Part shown: one piece after another, positions 18,710 through 30,358 of the stretch
How positions within the stretch are numbered: position 1 is the first letter of the stretch
How the letters are laid out: each line of letters opens with the position of its first letter
DNA from: an uncultured Eubacteriales bacterium
Lineage (GTDB): Bacteria; Bacillota; Clostridia; Oscillospirales; Oscillospiraceae
Length of the DNA: 64,000 bases
Assembly (NCBI GenBank): GCA_900321275.1
Contig: ONVI01000013.1
Coordinates: 117-64,116, forward strand
Direction of reading: 5' to 3'
The notes under the pieces: generated by a model
Seen by the model: the letters and a program-made list of their open reading frames with translations, nothing else
Told to the model about the DNA's origin: nothing
The model's database searches: none
Made by a program: the position numbers and the translations under genes

Positions 18710-19429
18710 TCACTTCTTCCCTTTCCCGAGAAGACGGCTGATCTCCTCCGGGCGGAGCCTGCGCCAGCAGCCGCTCTTGAGATCGCCGAGCGCGACGCCG
18801 CCTTCCTCCACGCGCACAAGGCGCGTAACCTTGAGCCCGGCCTGATCGCACATTTTGCGCACCTGGCGGTTGCGCCCCTCCGCGATCGTCACGGACAGAA
18901 GCGCGCCGCCGGGAAAGCACTGAACGATATCCACGCCCTTCGCGCAGACCTTGAAGCCGTCAATCTCCATGGGGCGGCGCAGCGTATGCACCGACTTTTC
19001 GATATTCTCGCCCGTGACCCAGGTGTGGTAGATCTTCTCCACCTCATGGGCGGGATGCATGACGCGGTTGGCAAAGTCCCCGTCATTGGTCATGAACAGC
19101 AGCCCCTCCGAGTACATATCCAGCCGCCCCACGGGATAGACGCGGGTTTCGAGGCCGGTCATAAGCTCCGTCACGTTTTTGCGTCCTTTTTCGTCGCGCA
19201 GGGTGGTGACGTAGCCCCGGGGCTTATGGAGCATGAGATAGAGCTTCTCCCCCTCGCGGGGCAGCTCCTTCCCGTCCACGGTGATCCGGTCGAGCGCGGG
19301 GTCGGCCTTATCGCCGAGCTGCGCCTTTTCGCCGTTGACGCATACGCGCCCGGCGCTGATCGCCTCCTCCGCGGCTCGTCTGGACATAAGCCCCGCGGCG
19401 GAGATCAGCTTTTGTATTCTCTCTGTCAT
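18710..19429 (-). CDS. rluB: rRNA pseudouridine synthase (RsuA/RluB family)
   Basis: S4 domain (IQKLISAAGLMSRRAAEEAI) plus catalytic 'GRLDMYSEGLLFMTNDG'. ATGA overlap with the upstream gene. Confidence 0.9.
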   Translation of the reverse strand: MTERIQKLISAAGLMSRRAAEEAISAGRVCVNGEKAQLGDKADPALDRITVDGKELPREGEKLYLMLHKPRGYVTTLRDEKGRKNVTELMTGLETRVYPVGRLDMYSEGLLFMTNDGDFANRVMHPAHEVEKIYHTWVTGENIEKSVHTLRRPMEIDGFKVCAKGVDIVQCFPGGALLSVTIAEGRNRQVRKMCDQAGLKVTRLVRVEEGGVALGDLKSGCWRRLRPEEISRLLGKGKK

Positions 19430-20523
19430 GAGGAACTCTCCTCCCTGTCGAATATGCGGATACAAGGATCGGCAAGCGCGGCGTCCCCGGCATAAATAAG
19501 GGGAAATGTCACGGCGGCGTCCCCGTCCCTCAGTACGGTAAGCGTTCCCGCCGCTTCCCCCGCGCTGACGGGCGCGAAGACAAAGCGCGGAAGCTCGGCG
19601 CGGATCACAGTTTCCCGATCCCGCGGCAGGACTGCAGCGGAGCCCGGAGCGGGGACGACCCTGACGCTCGACCTGCTGCCGGAGATCACCGGGACATCGA
19701 ATGAAAACTCCGCATGCAGATCGTGCAGGGTGAAATTTGCGTATGCCCAGTCATAGAGGGCGCGGTGGTCGTTCCAGTCGTCTGGGTCGGAGAGCGTCAC
19801 GCAGGCAAGGCGCATCCCGTCCCGCTCACAGCAGGAGACGAGACAGCGTCCCGCCGCGCGGGTATAGCCGGTTTTGCCGCCGACGCAGCCCGGACAAAGC
19901 GTAAGAAGCTTGTTGTGGTTCAGAAGCGTCAGGCCCTTTACCTCGGCGCTGCGCTGTACAGCAAGGCTGCGAAACGCGCCGTTTTCCATGCAGACAAGCA
20001 TAAGGCGGGCGAGATCGCTGGCTGTGGAATAATGCGACTTTGCATCCAGCCCGTGCGGATTTTCAAAATGGGTATCACGAAGTCCCAGCTCCTGCGCTTT
20101 GCGGTTCATCATCTGCACAAAGGCGCCCTCGCTGCCCGCCGTGTACTCAGCCAGGGCGAGCGCCGCGTCGTTTCCGGACGAGAGCAGCAGCCCCAGCAGA
20201 AGCTCTCTCACCGTATAGCGCTCCCCCGCCTTCAGATACATGGATGAGCCTTCTACCCGGCAGTGGCGTTCCTGCGCCGTGAACACGTCGTCAATCGAGG
20301 TATTCTCCAGGCAGACAAGCGCGGTCATGAGCTTTGTCGTACTGGCAATGAGGCGTCTTGTGTCCGCATTCTTCGCGTACAGGACGCCCCCGTCCCCGCT
20401 CATCATGACGGCGGCCTCCGCGCGCAGCGTCGGGGCCGACGCCGCAAACGCCGGGACAGTCTGCGTCAGGAGCAGCAGGGACAGGATCATCGTAAAAACA
20501 GCATGCCGAATAATAAGCACCAC
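19426..20523 (-). CDS. D-alanyl-D-alanine carboxypeptidase (S11, PBP5/DacB-like)
   Basis: Signal peptide. 'ASTTKLMT' (SxxK), 'SSGND' (SxN), 'GKTGYT' (KTG). Confidence 0.9.
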   Translation of the reverse strand: MVLIIRHAVFTMILSLLLLTQTVPAFAASAPTLRAEAAVMMSGDGGVLYAKNADTRRLIASTTKLMTALVCLENTSIDDVFTAQERHCRVEGSSMYLKAGERYTVRELLLGLLLSSGNDAALALAEYTAGSEGAFVQMMNRKAQELGLRDTHFENPHGLDAKSHYSTASDLARLMLVCMENGAFRSLAVQRSAEVKGLTLLNHNKLLTLCPGCVGGKTGYTRAAGRCLVSCCERDGMRLACVTLSDPDDWNDHRALYDWAYANFTLHDLHAEFSFDVPVISGSRSSVRVVPAPGSAAVLPRDRETVIRAELPRFVFAPVSAGEAAGTLTVLRDGDAAVTFPLIYAGDAALADPCIRIFDREESSS

Positions 20524-20571
20524 CCTGCAAATATTTTGGGCAGTGCTTATTATTGTCCTGTCTGGCCGTTA

Positions 20572-20955
20572 TTATTTGTCCTTCTTGTTCTTGTCGATGA
20601 AAGCGTCAACCCGGTCGAGCACCTGCGGGACAAGGTCGATGATGCGGTCGACGGTGTTGCTTGCGGGCGGGGTGACGTTGATCATTCTGATCACGCCGTC
20701 CTTGATAATCAGGAAGCCGATGGGGTCGATCCTGACGCCGGTGCCGCTGCCGCCGCCATAGGGACGCTGCCCGGCCTTTTCGCTGTTGAATTCCACACCA
20801 CCGCCGCCGAAGCCGACACTGATTTTGGAAATGGGAACCAGGGTAATCCCGTCCGGCGTATAGATGGGATCGCCCACAACCGTGTCAACCTTGAGAATGC
20901 CTCTTACATTCTCCATTGTGTTTTGCATCAGTTCGCCGATCGGATTGTTATCCAT
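20572..20955 (-). CDS. ytfJ: Sporulation protein YtfJ (GerW family)
   Basis: 127 aa with 'VGFGGGGVEF...GGGSGTGVRIDPIGFLIIKDG'. Confidence 0.85.
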   Translation of the reverse strand: MDNNPIGELMQNTMENVRGILKVDTVVGDPIYTPDGITLVPISKISVGFGGGGVEFNSEKAGQRPYGGGSGTGVRIDPIGFLIIKDGVIRMINVTPPASNTVDRIIDLVPQVLDRVDAFIDKNKKDK

Positions 20956-21775
20956 TGTTGTCCTTCCTTTCCTCTTGCTTCGTTATTTCAATTTCTGTAT
21001 CTGTCGTTTGCTCGTCCTTTTTCTCTTCATCCGGAACAGTCCCGCCGTTCTTTTTCGCAAGCTTCTCCTCTTTTTTGAGGCGTCGTCTGTTCTTAATCAA
21101 CACGCCGATCACCCCGACCGCCACCGCAAGGGCGGCGCGCACGACCTGAATCAGTCTCAGCGTGACGCTCAGTTCTGTCTCGATCTGCATCTTGTCTGTT
21201 GTGAAATCCAGATTCGTCCACACGTCCACATCATCCTTGACGTTCAGGTGCTTCCGGCAGATCGGGGCGAGGATGCAGAGCGCTCCGTTGACGTAGTTGT
21301 AGACCATGACCGTGTTGTAAGGATCCTCTCCCGCCGCCGTAAAGTGGAGCATGAATTTTCGGACCGTGAACTTCCCGAATTTTCCGAGGCCCTTGATGGC
21401 CTTCTTGGCAAGCTCGAGCAGTTCTTCCTTCGTGAAATTGAACTTGCGCGGTTTTTTCTCCTCTTCGGGCTTGTGTTCCTCGGGTTCTTTTTTCTCCTTC
21501 TCCTTTTTGGGCTTCTCCTCTTCCTTTTTCTCCCCTTCCTTTTTCTCTTTTTTCGGGAGAATCTGGATGGCAAAGCCGTCTACGCGTACCGCAAGCCGGA
21601 ATTGCTCTGCGATATATGCCACATCCGCGCCGATCGGGACAAACAGCACCAGCGCGATGATCAGAACCACCAGACCCACGAGGATCCATGCGACAACGGG
21701 CAGGTAAATAAAGAGCAGTATCAGCGCAGCCAGAGCGGCCAGTGCAATGATGCCTATCTTTTTGCCCAAGCTCAT
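20948..21775 (-). CDS. DUF2953 (YtfI-like) sporulation membrane protein with a Lys/Glu-rich insert
   Basis: N-terminal TM helices, then a KE-rich tract (KKEKKEGEKKEEEKPKKEKEKKEPEE), then a DUF2953-like C-terminal half. Overlaps ytfJ and scpB. Confidence 0.7.
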   Translation of the reverse strand: MSLGKKIGIIALAALAALILLFIYLPVVAWILVGLVVLIIALVLFVPIGADVAYIAEQFRLAVRVDGFAIQILPKKEKKEGEKKEEEKPKKEKEKKEPEEHKPEEEKKPRKFNFTKEELLELAKKAIKGLGKFGKFTVRKFMLHFTAAGEDPYNTVMVYNYVNGALCILAPICRKHLNVKDDVDVWTNLDFTTDKMQIETELSVTLRLIQVVRAALAVAVGVIGVLIKNRRRLKKEEKLAKKNGGTVPDEEKKDEQTTDTEIEITKQEERKDNNG

Positions 21776-22398
21776 CCCTCCCCGCCGGGTGCGTCGACCG
21801 TCCCGTCGACGCCGTTTTCATCCGTCTCCTGTGGCTTTGTCAGTTTATCGATGGCACTCTGTATCTTTTCAAGGCCTTCGCCGCCGCTGACCTCCGGCAG
21901 AACCGGGAGCTCGGACAGGCGGCTGATGCCCATGGTGCGGAGAAAAACGTCCGTCGTGCGGAAGACGGCGGGACGCCCGGGAGCTTCCAGCCTGCCGCAT
22001 TCCTCGATCAGGCCGCGCTCCGTCAGCATGCCGACGGAGTAAGAGCTGTCCACGCCGCGCACCTGCTCCACATAAGCGCGGGTCACGGGCTGGAAATAGG
22101 CGACCACCGCAAGCGTCTCCAGGGCCGCCTGGGAGAGCATGGGGGGCTTGCGCTGTTCCAGACAGGCGCTGATAAGCCCGGCATGCTCCGGCGCGGAGCA
22201 CATCTGTACTTTATCATCCAGCCGCAGGACACGCATGCCGCGCCCCTCGGACTCATACAGCTCATGAAGCGCGTCGACCGTGCGGGAGATCTCCTCCTCC
22301 TCCAAGCCGAGGACAAGGGACAAGCGCTTCAGCGGAACGCTTTCCCCTGCGGCGAACAGCACGGCCTCGACGGCCGAAGAAACGTTATCCATCATCAT
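21772..22398 (-). CDS. scpB: Segregation and condensation protein B
   Basis: 208 aa with 'AVEAVLFAAGE...L', winged-helix repeats, directly downstream of scpA. Confidence 0.9.
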   Translation of the reverse strand: MMMDNVSSAVEAVLFAAGESVPLKRLSLVLGLEEEEISRTVDALHELYESEGRGMRVLRLDDKVQMCSAPEHAGLISACLEQRKPPMLSQAALETLAVVAYFQPVTRAYVEQVRGVDSSYSVGMLTERGLIEECGRLEAPGRPAVFRTTDVFLRTMGISRLSELPVLPEVSGGEGLEKIQSAIDKLTKPQETDENGVDGTVDAPGGEG

Positions 22399-23177
22399 TC
22401 CACGATCTTTTCCATAATTTCATCCACATTTCCGCCGACAAAGCTGAGGGTATAGCTCTCCCCTTCGCGCTCGATATGGACGCTGCCGATGCTGCACAGC
22501 TCCAGCACGGACACGAAGGTGGCGACAATCTCAGAGCGCGATGAGCACTCCCGATAGAGCTGACCGAGATCGGCACTCCCCGCGCGCAGGCGGTTGAGGA
22601 TCTGCAGGCTCTTGTCGCGGACGCTGTAGACGATGCGCCGCGGCACCTTGGCGGTCATATCCGGCGGCGCGGCCTTGCCGCCGCGGGCGTAGATCCGGTA
22701 CATGGCCTTCAGAAGATCAACCGGCTCGTGCCGGTACTCGTATTCTTTGCCGAGCTTCGGAAGCGGCTCCGGCAGCTTGGCAAAGTAAAGGATGCCCTGC
22801 TCCGCCGCTTTTTTGAGCTCCGGCACAACCTGCTGCACGGAGGCGAATACGTCCCGCGCCTTGAGCTGCTCCAGTGAGCTCATGAGAAGCTCAAGCTCGG
22901 AGACCTCTTCCTCGTCGCTTGCCAGCAGGGTTCTTGTTTTGATATACAGAAGCTGGGACGCCATCTGCACAAACTCGCTCGCGATTTCAAGATCCATGCT
23001 CTGCGCCTCCTGGAGCCAGGCGAGGTACTGGTCCAGAATGTCGGAGATGCTGATATCGCGGATCTCGATCTTGTTTTTGGAGAGAAGCTGCAGGATCAGG
23101 CTCAGCGGGCCTTCAAAATCCTGCATCTCGTCCTTGTCATGGACGACGCCCTCCAGATAAAAATTGGGATTTTCCAT
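22395..23177 (-). CDS. scpA: Segregation and condensation protein A
   Basis: 260 aa with 'FEGPLSLILQLLSKNKIEIRDISISDI'. Confidence 0.9.
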   Translation of the reverse strand: MENPNFYLEGVVHDKDEMQDFEGPLSLILQLLSKNKIEIRDISISDILDQYLAWLQEAQSMDLEIASEFVQMASQLLYIKTRTLLASDEEEVSELELLMSSLEQLKARDVFASVQQVVPELKKAAEQGILYFAKLPEPLPKLGKEYEYRHEPVDLLKAMYRIYARGGKAAPPDMTAKVPRRIVYSVRDKSLQILNRLRAGSADLGQLYRECSSRSEIVATFVSVLELCSIGSVHIEREGESYTLSFVGGNVDEIMEKIVE

Positions 23178-23879
23178 TTAATAAAACAGCGCTTTCACCA
23201 GATTGCAGCTCCACTGGGCAAGGGGCGCGAGGTGCGTGTAGCACCAGTGAATGGCAGCGGAGAGGGGCTTGCCGAGTACGCCGGACCAGACCAGCGCCAT
23301 CAGCACAATTCCGCCGTAGCGCTCATAACGCATGAGCGTGCGGTAGCTTTCATCCGGAAGAATTGAAAAAAGTACCTTGGAGCCGTCCAGAGGCGGAACC
23401 GGCAAAATGTTGAAAATCGCGTAACCCATGCTCATGTAGGCGGTGAGCTCAAGCATGTCCAGGATATATTTTCCGGCGGCGCTCCCCTGTAACGGGAGAT
23501 ACAGCGCCCCGTAGAGGATCAGAAAAACGATCGTGATCACCACGTTGCTGACCGGCCCGGCCAAAGCGGTGATCGCCATACCACGTTTGGGATCCTTGAA
23601 CTTGTACATATTGACCGGCACGGGCTTTGCCCAGCCGAAGTGAACCGTCAGCAGCATCAGCAGGCCGATAGGGTCCAGATGTTTGAGCGGGTTGAGTGTC
23701 AGGCGCCCTGCCTTCTTTGCCGTATCGTCCCCGAGCCTGTATGCCACAAGGCCGTGGCTCAGCTCATGGAGCGTGATGCAGATCAGGGACGGGATCACAC
23801 CCTGCAAAAGCCCCAGCAAATAGCTGAAATCGAGGTTATTTCGGATTGTTCCCAGAGTACTGATTGCATTCACCCCCAA
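23178..23879 (-). CDS. Site-2 protease family (M50) membrane metalloprotease
   Basis: 'HELSHG' HExxH inside a TM helix. Polytopic protein. Confidence 0.85.
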   Translation of the reverse strand: MGVNAISTLGTIRNNLDFSYLLGLLQGVIPSLICITLHELSHGLVAYRLGDDTAKKAGRLTLNPLKHLDPIGLLMLLTVHFGWAKPVPVNMYKFKDPKRGMAITALAGPVSNVVITIVFLILYGALYLPLQGSAAGKYILDMLELTAYMSMGYAIFNILPVPPLDGSKVLFSILPDESYRTLMRYERYGGIVLMALVWSGVLGKPLSAAIHWCYTHLAPLAQWSCNLVKALFY

Positions 23880-23954
23880 GATATCGCTATTTTAGCAAAT
23901 TTCTATACAAAATACAAGAGCGGCGAGGAAATTCTTTCCCTCACCGCTATGAAA

Positions 23955-24542
23955 TCATACCAGCTTTTCGATCTCCGCAAGCAGTGTCTCCCTGCCCTGG
24001 CCCTTTTCCGCGGAAAAGGGAATGAGCAGAACATCCTCCGGGAGTGCCAGCGTCTCGCGGATCAGCTTCAGATTTGGCTCGATCTCGCTCTTTTTCAGCT
24101 TGTCGAGTTTGTTGGCGACCACGACGAATTTTCCCGGCGCGCTTTTGAACCATTCCGCCATCGTCACATCGTCGGCGGTGGGCTTGTGCCGCGCGTCCAC
24201 GATCATGACGCCGAGCTGAAACAGGCCTGCGGCAAAGAAATCCTCCATGAGCTTTCCCCAGCGCTCCCGTTCCGCCTGGGAGACCTTGGCGTAGCCGTAG
24301 CCGGGCAGGTCGATCAGGTAGAGCCGCCCGTCGATCTGAAAGTAATTGACATGGATCGTCTTCCCTGGCGCGGCCCCGACGCGGGCAAAGTTTTTGCGGT
24401 TGAGCAGGCGGTTGATGACCGAGGATTTGCCGACGTTCGATTTTCCCGCGAAAGCCACGGCCGGGATGCTGCTGCCGATAAACTGGGCGGGCGCGGCGGC
24501 GGATTTGACAAACTCCGCCCTGTTGACATTCAGTGCTTTCAT
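23955..24542 (-). CDS. engB: Ribosome biogenesis GTP-binding protein YsxC/EngB
   Basis: '[14 protein letters not shown]' and 'DLPGYG'. Classic position downstream of lon. Confidence 0.93.
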   Translation of the reverse strand: MKALNVNRAEFVKSAAAPAQFIGSSIPAVAFAGKSNVGKSSVINRLLNRKNFARVGAAPGKTIHVNYFQIDGRLYLIDLPGYGYAKVSQAERERWGKLMEDFFAAGLFQLGVMIVDARHKPTADDVTMAEWFKSAPGKFVVVANKLDKLKKSEIEPNLKLIRETLALPEDVLLIPFSAEKGQGRETLLAEIEKLV

Positions 24543-24546
24543 TTTA

Positions 24547-26934
24547 TTACTGCATCACGGCGCGCAGCTCCTGCCCCGTCATCGGAAGGGGCGCTGCGGC
24601 CGGTTCTTCGTTTGTTTTCCGGACGAGCACCAGGTCAAGGATGTCGTCCACGTTCTCGGCCGTCACAAAGCCGAGCTTTGAACGCACGGTCTGGTCGATT
24701 TTTTCCAGATCCGCCTCGTTGTCCAGCGGAATGATGACGGTTTTGACACCGGCGCGCAGGGCGGCCATGGTCTTTTCCCGCAGTCCGCCGATGGGAAGGA
24801 CGCGACCGCGCAGTGTGACCTCGCCGGTCATGGCGACGTCGCGGCGAACCGGCGTCCCCGTCAGGGCGGAGATCAGCGCCACCGTCATGGTGATGCCTGC
24901 CGAAGGCCCGTCCTTGGGCACCGCGCCCTCCGGGAAGTGGATATGGATGTCCCGGTTCTTGTAAAACTCGGGATCGACGCCCAGCACAACGCTGCGGCTT
25001 CGGATATAGGTGATGGCGGCCATGGCCGATTCTTTCATGACATCGCCGAGATTGCCGGTCAGCTCCACCTTGCCGGTGCCGGTGACGACGGCGGCTTCCA
25101 CGTCCAGCACCTCGCCCCCCACCTGCGTCCAGGCAAGACCGCGCACAAGGCCGATCTCATCCCGCGGATGCAGCGTGTCGGGCTTGAAGTCCGGCGGGCC
25201 GAGAAGCGGCGCAAGATCGGCGGCACGGACATTGAGGCTTTTGTACTTTTCCTCTGCAACGCCGCTGGCCGCCTTGCGGCAGACGTTGGCTATCTCGCGT
25301 TCGAGATTTCTGACGCCGGACTCCCTGGTATAGCCCCGGATCATGGCGCGGACAGCGTCGTCCTGGATCTTGAGCTGCGCGGGCTTGAGACCGTGCTTTT
25401 TGCGCTGCTTGGGGATCAGGTGCCGCTTTGCGATCTGGAGCTTTTCCTCGTCGGTATAGCTGGACAGCTCGATGACCTCCATGCGGTCCAGCAGGGCGCG
25501 CGGGATCGTCGAGGTGGTGTTCGCGGTGGTGATGAAGAAGACGCCGGAGAGATCAAACGGCAGTTCAAGGAAGTTGTCGCGGAAGCTGGCGTTCTGCTCC
25601 CCGTCCAGCGCCTCCAAAAGCGCCGCCGCGGGGTCTCCGCGGTAGTCGGAGGCCAGTTTGTCGATCTCGTCGAGCACCATGAGCGGATTGCAGGAGCCTG
25701 CCTGAATGACGCCGCTGATGATGCGCCCGGGCATGGAGCCGATATAGGTGCGGCGGTGACCGCGGATCTCGGCCTCGTCATGCACACCTCCGAGGGAGAT
25801 GCGGACGAGCTTGCGATTGGTGGCGGCGGCGATGCTCTGTGCGATGCTGGTCTTGCCGGTGCCCGGAGGTCCGACGAGGCATAAAAGCCCGCCCTTGATA
25901 TCCGGGCTCAACTGCTTGACGGCGAGGTATTCCAGGATACGCTCCTTGACCTTTTCGAGGCCGAAGTGATCATCGTCCAGCTTCTTGCGCGCTTTCGCGA
26001 TGTTGATGGTCTCCTTCGTGGTTTTGCCCCAGGGGATCTCCAGACACACGTCCAGATACCCGCGCAGGACGGCGGCTTCGGAGGAACCGAAGGGCTGTCG
26101 GGAAAGCCGCCCCAGCTCCTTGAAGAGCTTTTCGCGGATTTCCTCGCTCACGGGCAGGTCTGCGATCTTCTCACGGTAGAGCTCGATATCGTCGTCCTCA
26201 CCCAGCTCGGACTGGATGATTTTCATTTCTTCCCGGAGGTAATAATCCCGCTGATTGCGGTTCATGGCCTCCTGCGTCTGCTCGGACAGCTCCTTCTCAA
26301 TATTGAGGATGCGCAGCTCTCTCGTCAGCATGCGGTTGACGAGAGCAAGGCGGCGGGTGGGATACCGCTCCTCCAGCAGCATCTGGCGATCCTCAATGCT
26401 CAGCCTTACGTTCTGCGCCAGATAGTTGGAGACGTAAGCCGGATCGGGATTGGCCAGCAGATTGATGATCTGCTCGCTGATCATGTCGCTGTTGAAATGG
26501 ATGTACTCATCAAACTGGGACAGACAGCTCCGCAGCAGCGCCTCCGTCCGTTCGGGGCTCACACGCTCGGCCTTGTCCTCCCAGGGTTCGATATAGGCAT
26601 AATACGCTTTGGGGTCGCAGTTCATGCTCTCCGCCTTTGCGCGGTAGAGCCCCTCCACCATCACCCGGCAGATATTGCCGCGCGGCTGACGCAATTGCTG
26701 GCGGATGCGGCAGACGGTGCCGACGGCATAGATTTCCTCCTCCTTCGGCAGATCCGCGCCAAGATCCTTCTGCGCTGCCAGGAAGATGAGCTGATCCGCC
26801 CGTACGGCGTTGTTGAGCGCCGCGATGGAGGCAGGCCGCTCCACATCAAAGGTGAGAAGCATGCCCGGAAACACATGCAGGCCCCGCAGGGCAAGCAGCG
26901 GCATTTTGATCAGTTGCTGTTCGTTCTGTGCCAT
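24547..26934 (-). CDS. lon: ATP-dependent Lon protease
   Basis: Start at [18 protein letters not shown]. Walker A 'GPPGTGKTS' and catalytic '[11 protein letters not shown]'. Confidence 0.97.
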   Translation of the reverse strand: MAQNEQQLIKMPLLALRGLHVFPGMLLTFDVERPASIAALNNAVRADQLIFLAAQKDLGADLPKEEEIYAVGTVCRIRQQLRQPRGNICRVMVEGLYRAKAESMNCDPKAYYAYIEPWEDKAERVSPERTEALLRSCLSQFDEYIHFNSDMISEQIINLLANPDPAYVSNYLAQNVRLSIEDRQMLLEERYPTRRLALVNRMLTRELRILNIEKELSEQTQEAMNRNQRDYYLREEMKIIQSELGEDDDIELYREKIADLPVSEEIREKLFKELGRLSRQPFGSSEAAVLRGYLDVCLEIPWGKTTKETINIAKARKKLDDDHFGLEKVKERILEYLAVKQLSPDIKGGLLCLVGPPGTGKTSIAQSIAAATNRKLVRISLGGVHDEAEIRGHRRTYIGSMPGRIISGVIQAGSCNPLMVLDEIDKLASDYRGDPAAALLEALDGEQNASFRDNFLELPFDLSGVFFITTANTTSTIPRALLDRMEVIELSSYTDEEKLQIAKRHLIPKQRKKHGLKPAQLKIQDDAVRAMIRGYTRESGVRNLEREIANVCRKAASGVAEEKYKSLNVRAADLAPLLGPPDFKPDTLHPRDEIGLVRGLAWTQVGGEVLDVEAAVVTGTGKVELTGNLGDVMKESAMAAITYIRSRSVVLGVDPEFYKNRDIHIHFPEGAVPKDGPSAGITMTVALISALTGTPVRRDVAMTGEVTLRGRVLPIGGLREKTMAALRAGVKTVIIPLDNEADLEKIDQTVRSKLGFVTAENVDDILDLVLVRKTNEEPAAAPLPMTGQELRAVMQ

Positions 26935-26962
26935 GTTGTTTCCTTTCTGTCCGCTGTTGTCT

Positions 26963-28291
26963 TCAGGCGTCGTTTGCGGCAGGCAGCTTTTCTTTTTTCG
27001 CCGTCTTCTTTTCAGGCGCGTCCAGCACAAAGCTGTCGTCCGCATGAATGATAACGGGGCTGGTGCCATCTTTCACGCACTGTGCGGTGATGATGACCTT
27101 TTTCGCCGTCTCGTCGGAGGGCACGCGGTACATGGGTTCGGTCATGACACCCTCAAATACGCTTCTGAGACCGCGCGCACCGATTTTCATTTTGATGGCC
27201 TTGTCGGCGATGGCTTCAAGAGCCTCAGGCTCGTATTCCAGCTCCACGCCGTCATAGGACATGAGGGTCTGGTACTGGCGCGTGATGGCGTTTTTCGGCT
27301 CCGTCAGGATACGCACGAGGTCTTCCTTTGACAGGCTCTCCAGCGTGGCGATCACGGGAAGTCTGCCGATGAGCTCCGGGATGATGCCGAACTGCAGGAG
27401 GTCATGCTGCTGCACCTGGGACAGGATCCGGCCCACGTCCCGGTCGGCTTTGCCGGTGATCTCCGCGCCGAAGCCCATGGTCTTTTTATCCGTGCGCCTC
27501 TCGATGATCTTATCCAGTCCGTCGAACGCGCCGCCGCAGATAAAGAGGATGTTTGTGGTGTCCACATGGATAAACTCCTGTTGCGGGTGTTTGCGCCCCC
27601 CGTTGGGAGGGACATTCGCGATCGTGCCCTCCAAAAGCTTCAGCATGGCCTGCTGCACGCCCTCGCCGGAGACGTCGCGGGTGATGGAGGTGTTCTCACT
27701 CTTGCGGGCGATCTTGTCGATCTCGTCGATGTAGATGATACCCTTCTGTGCGCGCTCCACATCAAAGTCCGCCGCCTGCAGGAGCTTGAGGATCACGTTT
27801 TCCACGTCCTCGCCCACGTAGCCGGCCTCGGTCAGGGTGGTGGCGTCGGCGATGGCAAAGGGAACGTCCAGCATTTTTGCCATGGTCTGGGCAAAGAGCG
27901 TCTTACCGCTGCCGGTGGGGCCGATGAGGAGAATATTGCTCTTTTGCAGCTCGACGTCGTTCTTCCCGCCGTGGAGGATGCGCTTGTAGTGGTTGTATAC
28001 AGCCACGGACAGGACAATCTTGGCCCTCTCCTGGCCGATCACGTACTCATCAAGGCGGGCCTTGATCTGCATGGGCTTGGGGAGCTTCCGGAGCTCCAGC
28101 GGCAGTCCGTCGCTGCCCATGACGGTCGGGCCGACGTTCTCCTCCATCTCTTCGCCGAGGATGCTGGCGCACATACGCACGCAGTCGTCGCAGATATAAC
28201 AGTTGTTCCCGGCGATCAGATGCTCGACCAGGGTCTGGGGCTTGCCGCAGAAGGAGCAGCGTATGCTGCGTCTGTCTTCATTTCTTGCCAT
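26963..28291 (-). CDS. clpX: ATP-dependent Clp protease ATP-binding subunit ClpX
   Basis: Zinc ribbon 'CSFCGK...CDDC' and Walker A 'GPTGSGKT'. Confidence 0.98.
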   Translation of the reverse strand: MARNEDRRSIRCSFCGKPQTLVEHLIAGNNCYICDDCVRMCASILGEEMEENVGPTVMGSDGLPLELRKLPKPMQIKARLDEYVIGQERAKIVLSVAVYNHYKRILHGGKNDVELQKSNILLIGPTGSGKTLFAQTMAKMLDVPFAIADATTLTEAGYVGEDVENVILKLLQAADFDVERAQKGIIYIDEIDKIARKSENTSITRDVSGEGVQQAMLKLLEGTIANVPPNGGRKHPQQEFIHVDTTNILFICGGAFDGLDKIIERRTDKKTMGFGAEITGKADRDVGRILSQVQQHDLLQFGIIPELIGRLPVIATLESLSKEDLVRILTEPKNAITRQYQTLMSYDGVELEYEPEALEAIADKAIKMKIGARGLRSVFEGVMTEPMYRVPSDETAKKVIITAQCVKDGTSPVIIHADDSFVLDAPEKKTAKKEKLPAANDA

Positions 28292-28348
28292 AAATACTCC
28301 TTATAACAAGGAAGGAGGAACGCTTTTCGGTCCCCCCTTCCGCACTTG

Positions 28349-28930
28349 TCAACGCTTATAGATGACCTTGTCGATCAGGCCGTATTCTTTGGCCTCGTCC
28401 GCGGACATGAAATAGTCGCGCTCACAGTCCGCCGCGATCTGTTCCAGCGGTTTGCCGGTATTCTCAGCGAGGATGGCGTTGAGCTTCTTCTTGATCTTGA
28501 GAATATGCTGCGCCTGGATCTCGATATCGGTGGCCTGGCCCTGGCTGCCGCCGGAGGGCTGGTGGATCATGATCTCGGCGTTGGGCAGGGCGATACGCTT
28601 GCCCTTCGCGCCGGAGGACAGCAGGAACGCGCCCATGGAGGCGGCCATGCCGATGCAGATGGTAGAGACGTCGGGCTTGATGTACTGCATCGTGTCATAG
28701 ATCGCAAGACCCGCCGAGACGCTGCCGCCGGGGCTGTTGATATAGAACTGAATATCCTTGTCGGGGTCCTGGGCTTCCAGATAGAGAAGCTGGGCAACAA
28801 TCAGGCTCGCGGTCGTGTCGTTGACCTCCTCCGACAGGAGGACGATGCGGTCATTGAGCAGGCGGGAGAAGATGTCGTACGACCGCTCACCGCGGCTGGT
28901 CTGCTCGACTACATAGGGTACTAAACTCAT
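28349..28930 (-). CDS. clpP: ATP-dependent Clp protease proteolytic subunit
   Basis: 193 aa with 'GMAASMGA' (Ser) and 'MIHQPSGG' (His). Confidence 0.98.
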   Translation of the reverse strand: MSLVPYVVEQTSRGERSYDIFSRLLNDRIVLLSEEVNDTTASLIVAQLLYLEAQDPDKDIQFYINSPGGSVSAGLAIYDTMQYIKPDVSTICIGMAASMGAFLLSSGAKGKRIALPNAEIMIHQPSGGSQGQATDIEIQAQHILKIKKKLNAILAENTGKPLEQIAADCERDYFMSADEAKEYGLIDKVIYKR

Positions 28931-28987
28931 TTGAAATGCTCCTTGATAAATGAAGATCTGAGAGATCTTATCCTGATTCCGGGAAAA

Positions 28988-30277
28988 TTATTCCGCCTTG
29001 GCGACCGCGCTGTCGACGATCAGATTGGTGGCCAGCTCCTTGCGGAACTCGTGGCGCATGAAGTCCTCGCCGAAATACTGCTTGAGCTGTTCGGCCGTTG
29101 CGCCGACTTCCTCTGCGGTCTTGCTGACATAGGCCTCGAAAGCCTCATCGGTATCGGCAAGCTCCTCGGCCTCCATGACGGCATCGAGCAGCAGGTCGGT
29201 CTTGACCTGGGACAGGGCGGCGGGTCGAATACTCTTCTCCATGATCTCGTCGTTGATGCCCATCATCTTCTTGATTTCGTCCAGGGAGACGCTGCGGTCT
29301 CTGAGGCCGAACTGACCGGCATAATTGCGGAGGATATCCTCCTCTTTCTCTTCGATCATGACTTCGGGAATATCGGCTGTGATATTCTCGGCGGCCTGGA
29401 ACATGACCGCGTCCTTGAAGGCGGCCTCGGCGCGCTCGGCACGGGTTTTGGTCAGGTTCTCGCGGATGCTGGCCTTGTACTCTTCCAGCGTATCGAACTC
29501 GGAAACATCCTTGGCAAACTCGTCGTCAAGCTCCGGCAGCTCCGGCATGGTGAGGCTGTTGAGCTTCACCTTGAAGACGACGTCCTTCCCGGCAAGTTCG
29601 GGGACATAGTCCTCGGGGAAGGTGATGTTGATGTCCTTCTCCTCGCCGACCTTCATGCCGACAACCTGATCCTCAAAGCCGGGGACAAAGCTGTTGGAGC
29701 CGAGCTCGAGCTTGTGGCCTTCGGCCTTGCCGCCGTCGAAGCGCTCCCCGTTGAGGTAGCCGTCGAAGTCGATATCGGCGGTGTCGCCCATCCGGGCGGG
29801 GCGGTCGTCAATGTCGATCATGCGGGCGTTGCGCTTGCGGGTGGCGTTGAGCTCCGCATCCACGTCCTCGTCGGTGACATCGGCAGAGGGTTTCAATGCC
29901 TCGACGCCCTTATACTGACCGAGGGTTACCTCGGGATAGACAGACACAGAGAAGGTGTAGGCGACGGCGCGGTCGTCTGTGATGTTGACGTCGGAGATTG
30001 AAGGGGCGCCCACGGTCTTCAGGCCGGATTCCTTCAGGCCGAATTCGTATGCGGCGGGGGCCAGCTCATCCATGGCGTCCTGATAGAAAACCTCGGGTCC
30101 GTACATGCCCTCGATCACGGCGCGGGGGGCCTTGCCCTTGCGGAAGCCGGGAATGCTTATCGAAGATCTGTTCTTGCGGTAAGCGTCGTTGACGGCCTTC
30201 TCAAACTCGGCGGCGTCGGACTCCACCACAAAAGCAGCGGTATTGTTTTCTTTCTTTTCTACGTTCTTCAGAATCAT
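28988..30277 (-). CDS. tig: Trigger factor
   Basis: 429 aa with 'IPGFRKGKAPR' ribosome-binding loop and a central FKBP domain. tig-clpP-clpX synteny. Confidence 0.96.
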   Translation of the reverse strand: MILKNVEKKENNTAAFVVESDAAEFEKAVNDAYRKNRSSISIPGFRKGKAPRAVIEGMYGPEVFYQDAMDELAPAAYEFGLKESGLKTVGAPSISDVNITDDRAVAYTFSVSVYPEVTLGQYKGVEALKPSADVTDEDVDAELNATRKRNARMIDIDDRPARMGDTADIDFDGYLNGERFDGGKAEGHKLELGSNSFVPGFEDQVVGMKVGEEKDINITFPEDYVPELAGKDVVFKVKLNSLTMPELPELDDEFAKDVSEFDTLEEYKASIRENLTKTRAERAEAAFKDAVMFQAAENITADIPEVMIEEKEEDILRNYAGQFGLRDRSVSLDEIKKMMGINDEIMEKSIRPAALSQVKTDLLLDAVMEAEELADTDEAFEAYVSKTAEEVGATAEQLKQYFGEDFMRHEFRKELATNLIVDSAVAKAE

Positions 30278-30358
30278 TGTTTGATTTCCTCCTCAATATG
30301 TGTCTGCGCGTTCTTGGGTATGATAGCAGATTCTTCTATTAAAATCAATGACTATTTC

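Noticed and set aside
21440-21570. Polypyrimidine/polypurine low-complexity tract that looks like a tandem repeat.
   Set aside because: It is the coding sequence of the Lys/Glu-rich linker in the DUF2953 protein (KKEKKEGEKKEEEKPKKEKEKK). There is no exact repeat unit and no sign of a mobile element.
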